Of a DNA stretch of 64,000 nt, positions 49,623-62,315 are shown piece by piece. The stretch covers positions 111,664,001 through 111,728,000 of the forward strand of contig CM059431.1 in the NCBI GenBank assembly GCA_030390025.1. The letters are read 5' to 3'. Each line of letters opens with the position of its first letter. Position 1 is the stretch's first letter. This DNA comes from Squalus acanthias. Its lineage: Eukaryota. The notes below the pieces were generated by a model. That model had not been told where the DNA came from. It made no database searches and saw nothing but the letters and a program-made list of their open reading frames with translations. A program made the translations under genes and the position numbers.

Positions 49623-51064
49623 CACTATAACCCCCACTACATTTATCCATAAGTATTACAAAACGTGTACTACAGCATGGAACCATGTCCTAGGAGCATG
49701 TAAGCTTCGAGTATAATATAAAGAATTTGAAAGGAAAAAATTGCATATAGTATAAACTGCTTATAACAAAGTCACTGTGGCCAGGAGCATTATCACTTCA
49801 TATGTGATTTTTATTAAATAGTGTTTATCTTATTTTTCATTATTTGACAGCGTTGCCTCTATCGCAACCATTGTGTGTGTGTCCCAATGACTGGAACAGT
49901 CACCAGCTGATGTACTTTAAACATGTGCTCCCTTCACTAGACCTTCAAATAAGCTTTAAGCAGGCAGTCTTTGGCTTCTCCATCTGATAGCAGCCAAAGT
50001 TTATTATGCCAGGCATGAAAGTGCCCTTGGGATATGTCAGCTGCTATGTAATCGGTGAGATTTCATCTTAACCAATTTTGTTTTACGAGTCTTTTTTCTT
50101 CCTGGTGTAACAGGAAAAAAGTTCATACGTGGCAATTACTCCGTCGTAAGGAGCTTTCTTTCATAAATAAATTTTGCAGCAAATGGTTTATACCCGATTC
50201 TGGTTAAAAGTCAAATATTACTCGGGCTGGAAAGCAGTTGCATTTCTGCCCTTGCCGACTTCAATTTGGAAGCAGATGTACTTATGAAAAGACTGCTTTT
50301 AAACAGGAGATGTAATAGCAGGCTTCACAATGCAGCGCTGTGATGTGCCTGTCTTTCAGATGGGAAACATGCAGTATACACTAGCACGCGCCTGCTCTCC
50401 AACAGTGCAATTCAGCTCTACAATCAACACTTGGCTGCAACGAGAAACTGCAGGCAGACCTTCAACACATATCTCTATCCCACATTGTGCTATACCGTCC
50501 AACACCAGCCATGGAAACCGCTTTAACCCTCCAATGGCTGAAAGGCGCTTTCAGCTTTCAAACTCTGTGCCTCTTTCGTATTACTCAAGGAAAACCCGAT
50601 GCCTTTTTCCTCCCGATTTATCACATCACATCTCACAAACAAAACCTGGGGGAGTCTGCAACAAATTAAATACTATTCATCATTCAGTCAATGCCTGGAA
50701 TCAACTAAAATATGGCACTGTTCTGCTTGAACTCTCCTCCAAAGCAGAAAGATTTACTGCGCTGGTCAAAGGGTGCGGTTTACTTAAAGGAATATTTAAG
50801 GCTTTCCAACCTGTTGTTTGGTATTTCTGACCAAGCAAATGCCTCTGTTCAACAGTGAAGAACCACACTGTCCGTGGGCCATTCCTGTACAGTATTTTAT
50901 TAAATCATCCTTTTCAGTGTTATGGAGACTATAATAGAGAATAGAAATGTATTTATTTTTTTAAAGTCCTCTCTAGAAAAATCTGGCAAACTGGTTAAAG
51001 AATGGTCAACACTGTACAAGATCAGGAAGGTTTTGCATTTCATTAAGTTTTCCTTTCTAGCTGA

Positions 51065-51890
51065 GTGGATGTAACAGATTCCGTGGCACTATTTTGATGT
51101 CCTGGCCAATATTTATTCCTCAACTAACATCACTAAAACAGATTATCTGGTCATTATCACGTTGCTGGTTGTGGGACCTTGCTGTGCGCAAATTGGCTGC
51201 CACTTTTCCTACATTACAACAACAACAATTTGCTTTTATATAGCGCTTTTAATGTAGTAAAACATCCCCAAGGCACGTAAAGGAGCGATTATCAAACAAA
51301 ATTTGAAACCGAGCCACATAAGGAGATATTAGAACAGGTGACCAAAAGCTTGGTCAAAGAGGTACGTTTTAAGGAGTCTCTTAAAAGGAGGAGAGAGAGA
51401 GGCAGAGAGGCTTAGGGAGGGAATTCCAGAGCTTAGGGCCTCGGCAGCTGAGGGCACGGCCGCCAATCGTGGAGCTTTTAAAATCGAGGATGCGCAAGAG
51501 GCCGGAATTGGAGGGACGCAGAGATCTCGGAGAGTTGTAGAGCAGGAGGAGGTTACAGAGGTAGGGAGGGGCGAGGCCGTGGAGGGATTTGAAAACAAGG
51601 ATGCAAATTTTGAAATCGAGGCGTTGCCGGACTGCGAGCCAATGTAGGTCAGCGAGCACATGGTTGATGGGTAAATGAGATTTGGTGCGAGTTAGGATAC
51701 AGGCAGCAGAGTTTTGAACGAGTTAAAGTTTATGGAGGTTGGAAGATGGGAGACCAGCCAGGAGAGCATTGGAATAGTGAAGTCAATTACAACAGTGACT
51801 ACACTTCAAAGGTTTTTATTGGCTGTAAAGCACTTTGGCACGTCCAGAGGTTGTGAACGGCATTATATAAAGGCAAGGCTTTCATTTTCT
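51065..51890. mobile_element. SacSINE1-like SINE (+) split by an L2 (-) at about 51221-51785
   Basis: ATTACAAC appears on both sides of the L2, and the SINE resumes ATTACAACAGTGACTACACTTCAAA. Confidence 0.85.
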
Positions 51891-52615
51891 AGTTTCGAGT
51901 TAGTGCTATGGTTATTGTTCACAAAGATAAGGACTTATTTCAATGACTCCTCCTGAAGGCTAAATTTTAATTGGATCTTTTATTTTCTGAACTTTATATC
52001 CATACTTGGCCTTCTTTACCATTGTCTTTCCTTTTCCAACCCAGAGAGCAGAATGGTTTGAGCAATCAACTGCATGATTTACATTGCATCAAACATGGTA
52101 GCTAAGGCCTACTGAATCTCATTAATTGATTGTGGGGCGAGGCTGTGAATCAGACTCAAGACCCACGAACATACAAACAAAGATGGACAGGAAAAGACCC
52201 TCTGGTCCATCCAGCCTGTCCCACACAATTGTCCCACCCAAAACCATGTGATCTCCTGGGAGAGGCGAAAAACCAGATAGGAACCCAGGACCAATTTGGG
52301 GGGAAAAAATCTGGGAAATTGCTCTCAGCCCTCCACCCCCACCCCAGGCGATTGAAACTGGTCCAGGAGATCACTCTGGCTCTGATAATTCGATAGAGTA
52401 CCTACCTTTGGCAAGAGGTGATTGTTACCCGAGCCAGAAACAGGTCCAGCTAAAAAAAAAGAGGCTAATATTCGAACACACGACTAGGGGTTTCCAACAG
52501 CAGCCCTCAGGTATAACTCAGCAGCGTCACAGGTGGATCCCAGGTACTCCCAAGGAAGAAGTGCAAATCTGTGGCTTACCTGACAACCACAAATAAAATG
52601 CTGCCTGGTCACTGC

Positions 52616-52740
52616 CAATGTTCCCGGTCTGGAGGTTCCAGGCAGGCCGCTCACCGGCTTTTACACGGATGAAACCGCGCATGGGCCATTCAGCCAGTTA
52701 AAGGGACCGCACGCAAAAACAAAAATTCGAGGGAACAGTG
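52616..52740. mobile_element. 125-bp hAT-type MITE
   Basis: TIR CAATGTTCCC / GGGAACAGTG with 8-bp TSD GTCACTGC (52608-52615, 52741-52748). Confidence 0.85.
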
Positions 52741-52974
52741 GTCACTGCATATAAGAAAATGGTCAGTAAAAACTAAAGAAGTATTTACACCCAAGGATAA
52801 CTGATCTCATGCAATAATCTAAATGTCAACCAGCGTGAAATTGAGGATAGCCCTAACACATTCTAACTGTTCTTTAGCTCAAACTTGGCGCTTGTGGCAG
52901 TGTTGTGTGCTTGATGAGTGGTTTGCCTGTCCCACTGGAGTGTGTAAATACAGTAATTGCAAGTTGACACGATT

Positions 52975-53241
52975 GGCCCCAATTTTAACTCCAGGTGGAT
53001 TCCCCGCTCAGGCCTGTGATGAAATTACAGTCGGGTCTCAACGATGTCATCGGGCCACAACATGCATATGTAAAGAAGGATCCTGTTGGCTCCAGGAGCG
53101 TGTCCTTGTTGTCCGCTCAGGAGAGCAGGTTAAAATTGCTGATGTTGCGATCATGGCGGCTTTCGGACAGGTAAGAGCCAGGGCGATTTTAACTGCCCAC
53201 CCGCCAGGTTTCTGCTGACTGAGTAGGGTTAAAATCGGCCC
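52975..53241. mobile_element. Harbinger-type MITE
   Basis: Imperfect TIR GGCCCCAATTTTAAC / GTTAAAATCGGCC. Confidence 0.55.
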
Positions 53242-53544
53242 CAATAAGCCTTTTTATTCGTCCCTTGCTGGTTTTCTTGATTTCTAGGGATGTCCCAAAT
53301 ATAAACCTGACTCACTGATGGGTTTTTTGGGGGAGGGGTTCTCCCCATTTTTGATTCAAAAGAAACCCCTGAAAAACCTCAGGTTGTTATATTGGCAATA
53401 AAAAAAAGAGACTTTATAACCCTGCTAGTGACTGATTGCCTGGGACAACAACCAATGTGGAAAAAACATTCTTTAGAGTGAATAGAATTGCACTCCAGTA
53501 ACATTCCTCTGTCCAGCACATAGCTATCTATTTTCATTATTAAT

Positions 53545-53762
53545 GAATCATACAGCACAGAAGGAGGCCATTCGGCCCATCGTGAACGTGCCGGCTCTTT
53601 GAAAGAGCTCTCCAATTAGTCCCACTCACCTACACTTTCCCCATAGCCCTGTAAAAGTTTCCTTTTCAAGTATATAACCAAATCCCTTTTGAAAGTTACG
53701 ACTGAATCTGCTTCCTCCACCCTTTCAGGTGGTGCATTCCAGATCACAACAACTCACTGCGT
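53545..53762 (-). mobile_element. CR1 3' end
   Basis: GAATCATACAGCACAGAAGGAGGCCATTCGGCCCATC, as at 18045 and 21185. Confidence 0.85.
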
Positions 53763-53995
53763 TAATAGCAAGTGGGAGTGGTTTCAAGATTGCTGGGATT
53801 TTCTGAGCCTGCACTCAGCAGGCCTTCTGATTTTGAAGTTTTATTTTTTTTCCCCTGAATTCAGGTGAGGTCAGCTGGGGAACAGAAACGTGCTGCTTTC
53901 GGGTCACAAATAAAACAGAAAGTTAGGGTTTAATCAGCAAAAAATAATTTTGGAAAGAATAAAATATTTAAAAGAAAATAATAAGGCCTAAAAAC

Positions 53996-54116
53996 TTCCA
54001 GTAGCGCCCTGCCTCCCTCTTGGGGTGCTACCGGTGAACTTCGGGCGAGGGGGCGCTAATTTTTTCGGGGCGCGAAAACTAGCGCCCCAAAGGGGGCGCG
54101 ACCCAATTTTTCCCCC
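53996..54116 (+). mobile_element. Terminal fragment of MITE family A
   Basis: Ends AATTTTTCCCCC followed by TAA. Matches 5955-6077. Confidence 0.8.
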
Positions 54117-54496
54117 TAACTGTCTCAACAAAAACCAAGAGTTGACATTACCTCCGTCCTCCTCCCCCATTTACTTTGTTTAGTGGTACACAGGCGCTTT
54201 ACATCAATGCTGCCTGTCGACAAGGGGAAGATGACGTGCTCCCCACACCAAACAGAGAAAGTTCGCTCGGTGTGTTACACCAGAACTGCAGCGTGCCAGC
54301 ACCGACAGATTTAACCCTAAAAACTCAGCAATCACTGGTTCCCATTATCTGTGGAAATTGCAAGGTTCGGATTCTGCTTCCATGCTGATTTTGGTCGCAA
54401 TCGGCTTCAGGCTCATGAAAAGCTTCTGTCATCTCACCTAGAAGGTATAAAGATGAAAATCCCATCCAGCACCGACAGCCTCTAAGCAAGCAACTG

Positions 54497-56077
54497 ATAA
54501 ATCCCAAGGACCGTATGACCTACATCCTAGGGTTTTGAAAGAGGTGGCCATTGGGATAGTGGACGCATTGGTTGTCATCTTCCAAAATTCTATAGATTCT
54601 GGAACGGTTCCTGCAGATTGGAGGATAGCAAATATGACCCCGCTATTTAAGAAAGGAGGGAGAGAGAAAACGGGGAACTACAGACCTGTTAGCCTCACAT
54701 CAGTAGTTGGGAAAATGCTGGAATCTATTATAAAGGATGCAATAACTGGGCACTTAGAAACTAATAGTAAGATTGGGAAGAGTCAACATGGATTTATGAA
54801 AGGGAAATCCTGTTTGACAAACCTATTGGAGTTCTTTGAGGATGTAACTAGTGGCGTAGACAAAGGGGAACCGGTAGATGTGGTGTATCTGGATTTTCAG
54901 AAGGCCTTCGATAAGGTCCCACACAAGAGGTTGGTGAACAAAATTAGGGCACATGGAATTGGGGGTAATATACTAGCATGGATTGAGAATTAGTTAACAG
55001 ATAGAAAACAAAGAGTAGGGATAAACGGGTCTTTTTCAGGATGGCAGGCTGTGACTAGTGGGGTACCACAAGGATCGGTGCTTGGGCCCCAGCTATTCAC
55101 AATCTATATCAAAGATTTGGATGAGGGGACTAAATGTAACATTTCCAAATTTGCTGATGATACAAAGCTAGGTGGCAGTGTCAGTTGTGAAGAGGATGTG
55201 AAGTGGCTTCAAGGGGATCTCGACAGGCTCAGTGAGTGGGCGAGAACATGGCAGATGGAATATAATGTGGGTAAATGTGAAGTTATCCACTGTGGTAGAA
55301 AAAACAGAAAGGCAGAGTATTTCCTAAATGGTGAAAGATTGGGGAATGTAGATGCTCAAAGGGACCTGGGTGTCCTTTTACATGAGTCACTGAAAGTGAA
55401 TGTGCAGGTGCAGCAAGCCATTAGGAAGGCAAATGATATGCTGGCCTTCATTACAAGAGGATTTGAGTACAGGAGTAAAGAAGTCTTACTCCAATTATAT
55501 AGGGCCTTGGTGAGACCACACCTGGAGTATTGTGTACAATTTTGGTCTCCTTACCTAAGGAAGGATATACTTGCCATAGAGGGAGTGCAATGAAGGTTCA
55601 CGAGATTGATTCCTGGGATGGCGAGACTGTCGTATGAGAAGAGATTGAGTAAACTAGGCCTGTATTCTCTTGAATTCAGAAGAATGAGAGGGGATGTCAT
55701 TGAAGCATACAAAATTATTACAGGGCTTGATAGGGTGGATGCTGGGAGAATGTTTCCCTTGGCTGGGGAGTCTAGAACCAGGGGCCACAGCCTCAAGATA
55801 AAGGGTAGGCCATTCAGGACTGAGATGAGAAGAAATTTCTTCACGCAGAGGGTGGTGAATCTTTGGAATTCTCTACCCCAGAGGGCTGTGGAGGCTCAGT
55901 CATTGGGCATATTCAAAACAGAAGTCGATAGATTTCTGACAGTAAGGGCATCAAGGGATATGGCAATAGGGCCGGTGAATGGAGTTGAGGCAGAAGATCA
56001 GCCATGATCTCATTGAATGGCGGAGCAGGCTCGAAGGGTCGAATGGCCTACTCCTGCTCCTATTTCTTATGTTCTTA
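54497..56077 (+). mobile_element. Young 5'-truncated CR1 LINE (RT), disabled
   Basis: DVVYLDFQKAFDKVPH, SGVPQGSVLGP and KFADDTK, with in-frame stops at 54991 and 55591. Nearly identical to 42088-43665. Confidence 0.95.
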
Positions 56078-56436
56078 TTCCCGAGTACACTACACTCAAT
56101 TAATTGTCCACCGACCATGGCACCACGTCACATCACATTAATCAACACAAACAACCAATATGTCTCCATGACCCCAGACCCCATCTGTGCTCGACTGTTG
56201 CATTCACCAACAAACAGACACTGAACAATTACTGTGAACCACTGTCTAAGGCCTTAATGCTCCATCAAAGTGTGTGGCTTGATAGTTTCCCCACTCGAAA
56301 CCACTGAACAACAATTTGCATTTATATCGCACATTTGCTGTAGAAAAAAGCTCCAAAGAGCTTCACAGAGGCATGATCAAAAAGTAACTGCTGAGTCAAA
56401 GGAGATATTAGGAGAGGTGCTAACAGCTTGGTTATT

Positions 56437-56768
56437 TGTTTTTATTCGTTTATGGGATGTGGGCGTCGCTGGCAAGGCCAGCATTTATTGCCCATCCCTA
56501 ATTGCCCTTGAAAAGCTGGTGGTGAGCCGCCTTCTTGAACCGCTGCAGTCCGTGTGGTGAAGGTACTCCCACAGTACTGTTAGGGAGGGAGTTCCAGGAT
56601 TTTGACCCAGCAACTATGAAGGAACGGCGATATACCTCTAAGTCAGGATGGTGTGTGACTTGGAGGGGAACTTGGAGGTGGTGGTGTTCCCATGCGCCTG
56701 CTGCCCTTGTCCTTCTAGGTGGTAGAGGTCGCAGGTTTGGGAGATGCTGCCGAAGAAGCCTTGGCAAG
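56437..56768 (-). mobile_element. CR1-group LINE 3' end (second family), inserted in an L2 relic
   Basis: SFIVAGSKSWNSLPNSTVG...KKAAHHQLFKGN* followed by a short 3' UTR. Confidence 0.75.
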
Positions 56769-57034
56769 GGTCTTAAAATTAGAGGAGAGGTGGAGGGGCA
56801 CATGGAGGGAATCCCAATGAGTCTAGGCAGCTGAAGGCATGGGCGCCAATGGTAGAGAGGAGGACGGGGTAGTTCGTGCTGCTGCTCGGAAGGAGGCAGT
56901 GACAGCTGCCTTGGTTGGCCCTTCGAAGACGACCAAAAGAGGAACAGAGGATAAGCTGTAGGCTGCCTGTTGCTCTCAATACTGTTATCAGTATTCTTTG
57001 AATAAGCTTTTTTTTTAAATAGCTATGAATGAAA

Positions 57035-57481
57035 GGGAACACGGTGGCATAGTGGTTAGCACTGTTACCTCACAGCGCCAGGGACCCGGGTTCGAATCCG
57101 GCCTCGGGTGACTGTCTGTGTGGAGTTTGCACATTCTCCCCGTGTCTGCGTGGGTTTCCTCCGGGTGCTCCTGTTTCCTCCCACAGTCCAAAAATGTGCG
57201 GGTTAGGTTGATTTGGCTATGATAAATTGACCCTTAGTGTTAGGGGGGGATTAAATATGTGGGGTTACGGGGATAAGATGGGATATGTTAGGGGGCATTA
57301 AATACGTGGGGTTACGGGGATAGGGTGGGATATGTGTCGGTGCAGGCTCGATGGGGATTCTGTGTGCGAAAGCAGAGACAGGGTACTGGATTTGGATGAT
57401 CAGCCATGATCGTATTGAATGGTGGAGCAGGCTCGACGGGCCGAATGGCCTACTCCTGCTCCTAGTTTCTATGTTTCTATG
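57035..57481 (+). mobile_element. HE1-type V-SINE, long subfamily
   Basis: Same structure as 29334-29782. Confidence 0.85.
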
Positions 57482-57589
57482 GAACACTGGTTTTAGGGGG
57501 ACTACTTACATTAAGTGTTTGTAAACTGTGCGTTAGGCTTCAAAATCAGCTCACTGCATGCGACAAATACGAATCATTGCGGCGAGTGA

Positions 57590-58130
57590 TTCACCTCCCG
57601 ATTCCCCAAAGCCTTTCCACTATCCACAAGTCAGGAGTGTGATGGAATACTTGCCACTTGCCTGGATGAGTGCAGCTCCAACAACACTCAAAAAGCTTGA
57701 CACCATCCAGGACAAAGCAGCCCGCTTGATTGGCACTACCTCCACCACCGGCGTACCGTGGCTGCAGTGTGTACCATCTACAAGATGCACTGCAGCAACT
57801 CGCCAAGGCTTCTTCGGCAGCACCTCCCAAACCCGCGACCTCTACCACCTAGGAGGACAAGGGCAGCAGGCGCATGGGAACACCACCACCTCCAAGTTCC
57901 CCTCCAAGTCACACACCATCCTGACCTGGAAATATATCGCCGATCCTTCATCGTCGTTTGGTCAAAATCCTGGAACTCCCTCCCTAACAGCACTGTGGGA
58001 GTACCTTCACCACACGGACTGCAGCGGTTCAAGAAGGCGGCTCACCACCAGCTTTTCAAGGGCAATTAGGGATGGGCAATAAATGCTGGCCTTGCCAGCG
58101 ACACCCACATTCCATGAATGAATAAAAAAA
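57590..58130 (+). mobile_element. CR1-group LINE 3' fragment (second family)
   Basis: QVRSVMEYLPLAWMSAAPTTLKKLDTIQDKAARLI...SWNSLPNS...HHQLFKGN*. Confidence 0.8.
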
Positions 58131-58915
58131 CATACACAAGAGGTATCCTGCTGGGATACAGCTTCTTTCTGGTTTTGTTCAACAAAGGGTAAGAAAGTGC
58201 CGTGGAGCATTGTGAAAGTTGCTTGGGCTCCATTAGGTTAGCTTTGAACCAGTCCTGCTGAGTTACACCCTGTGGAATATAATCAAATGCACTTTATAAA
58301 GTTTTAAAATCTAGTGTTGCGGAAGGCACTCTCATCATCCAAGTCCCTACTTCTCCTCAAATGTCCCTTCTTAGCTCTCTGATTCTGTACGTTCTCCGTT
58401 TCACGCCTCTGACATTCACGATCGTTGCAGATGGTTTTCTGAAAACATTGCACAATCCTGAAAGTTGTAAAGCACATCCAGCGCAAGGGTCAAATTACTT
58501 TATAAAATATGCAAAGCACTGCTGCAGCTGTGGCTCGCCCTACTGCCAAGGGGCATTTATGTGGGTGGATCACGTCATACTCTGGGACCATAATATCTCT
58601 AATTCATGTAGAGTTTTCTAACAAAGGGGTCCAGGTGTCTGAGTAACTAGGGGTTTCAAGGAAAGGTCCCTTTCTTCTTCAGTGAAGAGACATAAAAACT
58701 ACAAAAAAAAATTCACCAATTTCATGTACAGTATATACCTTTTTTTTGCATTTATCAAGATTAGGGATATCGCTACTGGGCAATGGAAGATGAATCCACT
58801 TTAAGCACCTGCAGAGGGGTATGGGAGATTTCTGTTTGCTATTTGTGGCAAAATCTTAAAGAATGTGCAGAAAAAACGCTGACTTATCCACAAATAGCCA
58901 ATGGAGGAAATCTAG

Positions 58916-60452
58916 GGGCTCGATTTTAACAGCCCTGAGGAGGCGGGTCGGCAGCGGAAATCGGAGAAAATGGCTTCAGACTGCCATCCCGCCCCCGCCC
59001 GATTTTCGTGAGTTTCAGGTCAGCCGCTCCCAAACTGACCCGACTGGGACAGATAATTAAGGCAGTTAATAGCCTGTTAACTGCCTTGCTAATCCTATTT
59101 TGATAGTGGTTTCCCATTTTCGTGCTTCTGGCTCCTGTTTCCCACCTTGTCAGAAACAGGCCAGCTGCAAGGAGATGAGTTGCTGGAGGACATGATTTGT
59201 AGTCATTGGTGCAGCACTTTAAAAGCGCTCCTGTAACATGGCTGACATTCAAATACAACAACTTTGTTGTTGGAGGTTTGTGATAACATTTTGCCAATCT
59301 ACTGACCTTGTGACTGTTCAAGCTGACACCCATCTGCAGTGTTACCTGATTGGAATAATTTCAGGCCACTTTGACTGTACGCTTGCAAGCCTCTTGCCTC
59401 AACTGAAATCTATAGCAATGGGATGGGAACCATTTACATCCTCTCATCCTGGTCGTCAGATTTGGAGGAAGAGCAGCCGCGGCAGCACCACAACCAGCCA
59501 CAACAGCAACAGCAGCACCAGCACCAGGAGCGCCAACCTCCTCCTCACCCACCTGATGATGCACAGGACACAGGGCATCAGCCCCTGACAAAACTGCTGG
59601 CCGGGAGGCCAATGATGGCATCACCATGGCCTGATTTTCTTCACTTGATGCTGTAAACCCTGGCTGCCACATGATGCGCCAGGTTGACACCATCCCACAC
59701 GAGCACCATGAAGCATCCCTTTGATGTCCAAGCCATTCCATGCACACACATCATTATAGCGGGGGGTGGAGGGGGAGTTATGTATGAACATTCACTGGAA
59801 CTTGACACTTCTCAATGTGCGCTCAGATCTGTCCAAGAAGGGGCACTTTTGGAAAAAGACATTATACTGTATGACAACACATTACCAGAAACTTCACATG
59901 GACATTGGCAAAACCTCTCAAGTGCCTAACCTTGTGTGCTGTTAGTTGGTATGCTTGCAGTAGGACGAGGGTGAGTGTGAGGGGTGACTAGTGAGATGGG
60001 GAAGTGATAAAGTAGATAGAGAGGGTTGGGTGGAGGTGCAAGGTAAGTTGGTGTCCTGGGGAGGTCTCTTCCACCCTTGGAAGGGAAGAGAACCTCCCTG
60101 CGTACTGTTACTCCCTCCATAAGCATATGGAGGGAGTCATTGGAGAGCCTGGGTGTAAGTGTTCACCTTTGTGCAGTGATTGTCAGTTTTTGCAGCACCT
60201 CAATGCTGTCAAACACTGAGAAATCAACTGTCAAAATAAAATTGTGCATGGTCCCTTTAAGGAAACCAGCAGATGACGCGTCATCAAATGATGTCATCAG
60301 ACCCGCTTCCTGTTAATTGGCCCGCAGGGTGGGTTTAACAAGGCCAATCAAGGGAAAATCACGTCTGCAGAGCGGAGGCAGCTGGGGGCGGGACCGGAAC
60401 CCGGAAACCAGCTGACCCGCCCCATCCCGCCTCCAGATTTAAATTTGCGGCC
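58916..60452 (-). mobile_element. Longer family C-related Harbinger derivative with coding relics
   Basis: Ends GGGCTCGATTTT / AAATTTGCGGCC. The right 300 bp match family C. The minus strand encodes LMEGVTVRREVLFP, like the Myb/SANT N-terminus. The 3-bp flanks do not match (TAG/GTG). Confidence 0.7.
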
Positions 60453-60759
60453 GTGTCAGCACTGAACAATCCCAGGTAAAATACAACAGTAAAGTTTCCT
60501 CTGCTCTGCCTTAATAACATTAATAACCCCACTCTCAATCTCAAAATGATTTCATCCATTTCCCATTTCAGCTCTCCCAATGAGAAAGCCAATTTAGTGC
60601 AATCTCTGCCAAACTTAGGCCAGTTTTGTGCTGTGGTCTGACATCCACTAGGAATCAGACTTGAATTGCCCAAATTCATTTCACTTAGGAAACTTACAAC
60701 TGCAGGACAGAGTAGACTTTCATTATCAGTACCGTCCTAAATGTAAATGGGCAATCAAT

Positions 60760-62315
60760 GCAAAACACACCGCCTCGCCACCCCTTATCTCTTAATTACC
60801 CTTCCTGGCATCTGTGCTAGCTGACGTTATAAATGATTCTCCCTCCTCGGGCACTGTCCCCTCCCTTTGAAAACCACTGTATTCACCACTCTCTTTTTAA
60901 AACCCGCCCCAACCCCTATGTTCTCACTAACTGCCGCTTCATCTCCAACTTTCCTTTCCTCGCCAAGATCCTTGAGCATGTTGTTGCCGCCCAGATCTAT
61001 ACCCATCCCGCAACTCCTTGTTTGAATCCCTCCATTCCAGCTTGCAACCCTCCCACAGTACTGAAACGGTCCTAACCCAAAGTCACAATCATTTTCTGCG
61101 ACTGTGGTGCATTATCACTCCTCGTAATCCTCAACCTCTTTGCAGCCTTTGACATAGTTGACCACATCATCTGCCTGTCCAACACCTCTCCTCCACTGTC
61201 CAGCTCCATGGGACTGCCCTCGCTTGGTTCCACTCTTCCCTACTAAATTGTAGCAAGAGCATCTCTACCAATGGCTTCTCTTCCCATGCCCACATCGTCA
61301 CCTCTGCAATTCCCCATGAAAACATCCTTATCCCCCCCTCCTCTTCCTCATCGAGGTGCTACACCTTGACAACATAAGCCACAGACATGGGTCAGCTTCC
61401 ACAGGTACGCTGATGACACCCAGCTCTACCTCTCCACCACATCTCTTTACCCTTCCTTTGTGCTATCAGACTGCCTGTCTGACATACAGTCTTGATTTGA
61501 GCTACTATATCCTCTAGCTAAACACTGGGAAGATCGAGTCCATTGTTTTCAGCCCCCGCCACAAACTCCATAACCAGGCCATGACTCCTTCCCCTTCCCT
61601 GGCCACTGTTTCAAGCTGAATCAGCCTGTCCGCAACCTCGCAACCATGACCTGAGCTTCTGACCCAATATCCTCTCTCTCTCTCGCATAGACTGCTTATT
61701 TCCACCTCTGTAACATCATGCACCGCCATCCCCTACCTCCGCCCATCTGCTACTGAAACCGTTGTATATGCCTCTGTCACCTCCACACACAATTACTCCA
61801 ATGGTTTCTTGGCCACCCTCCCAGTCTGCACATTCCATAAACTTTAGGTCATCCAAAACTCTGTTGTCCATATCCTTTTCCACACCAAGTCCGGTTCGGC
61901 CATAACCTATCCTCGCTAACGTACATTGCCTCAAATTTAAAATTCTCAACTGTGTGTTTAAATTTCTTCATGGCCTCACCTCTCCCAATCTCTGTTTCCT
62001 CCTCCAGCCCTAAAACTCCCCCTGGAACGGTCTGTGCCTCTGACTCCGGCCTCTTGTGCTTCCCCCTCCTTTCATCAGACCACAAGAGGTCGTTCCTTCA
62101 CTGCCTAGCTTCCACTCTCTGGAATTTCCTCTGTGTACCCCTCCACCTGTAAACCTCCTTTTCCTCCTTTATGAGCCTCTTTAAAATCCACCTCCCTGCC
62201 CAAGCTTTTGGTCACTCCTCTTAATCTCGCTGTGCCTTTTTACTCACGCCTTTGTGGAAGATCTTGGGATGCCTTTCTACCTAAAAGGTGCTAAATAAAT
62301 GCAAACTGTTGTTGC
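60760..62315 (+). mobile_element. Old L2 LINE RT fragment
   Basis: LTNCRFISNFPFLAKILEHVVA, AAFDIVDH and YADDTQLY (61406-61430), then a degenerate L2 tail. Confidence 0.85.

Noticed and set aside
50330..50830. 166-aa ORF in unique DNA
   Set aside because: No recognisable domain or convincing splice context; compatible with chance.
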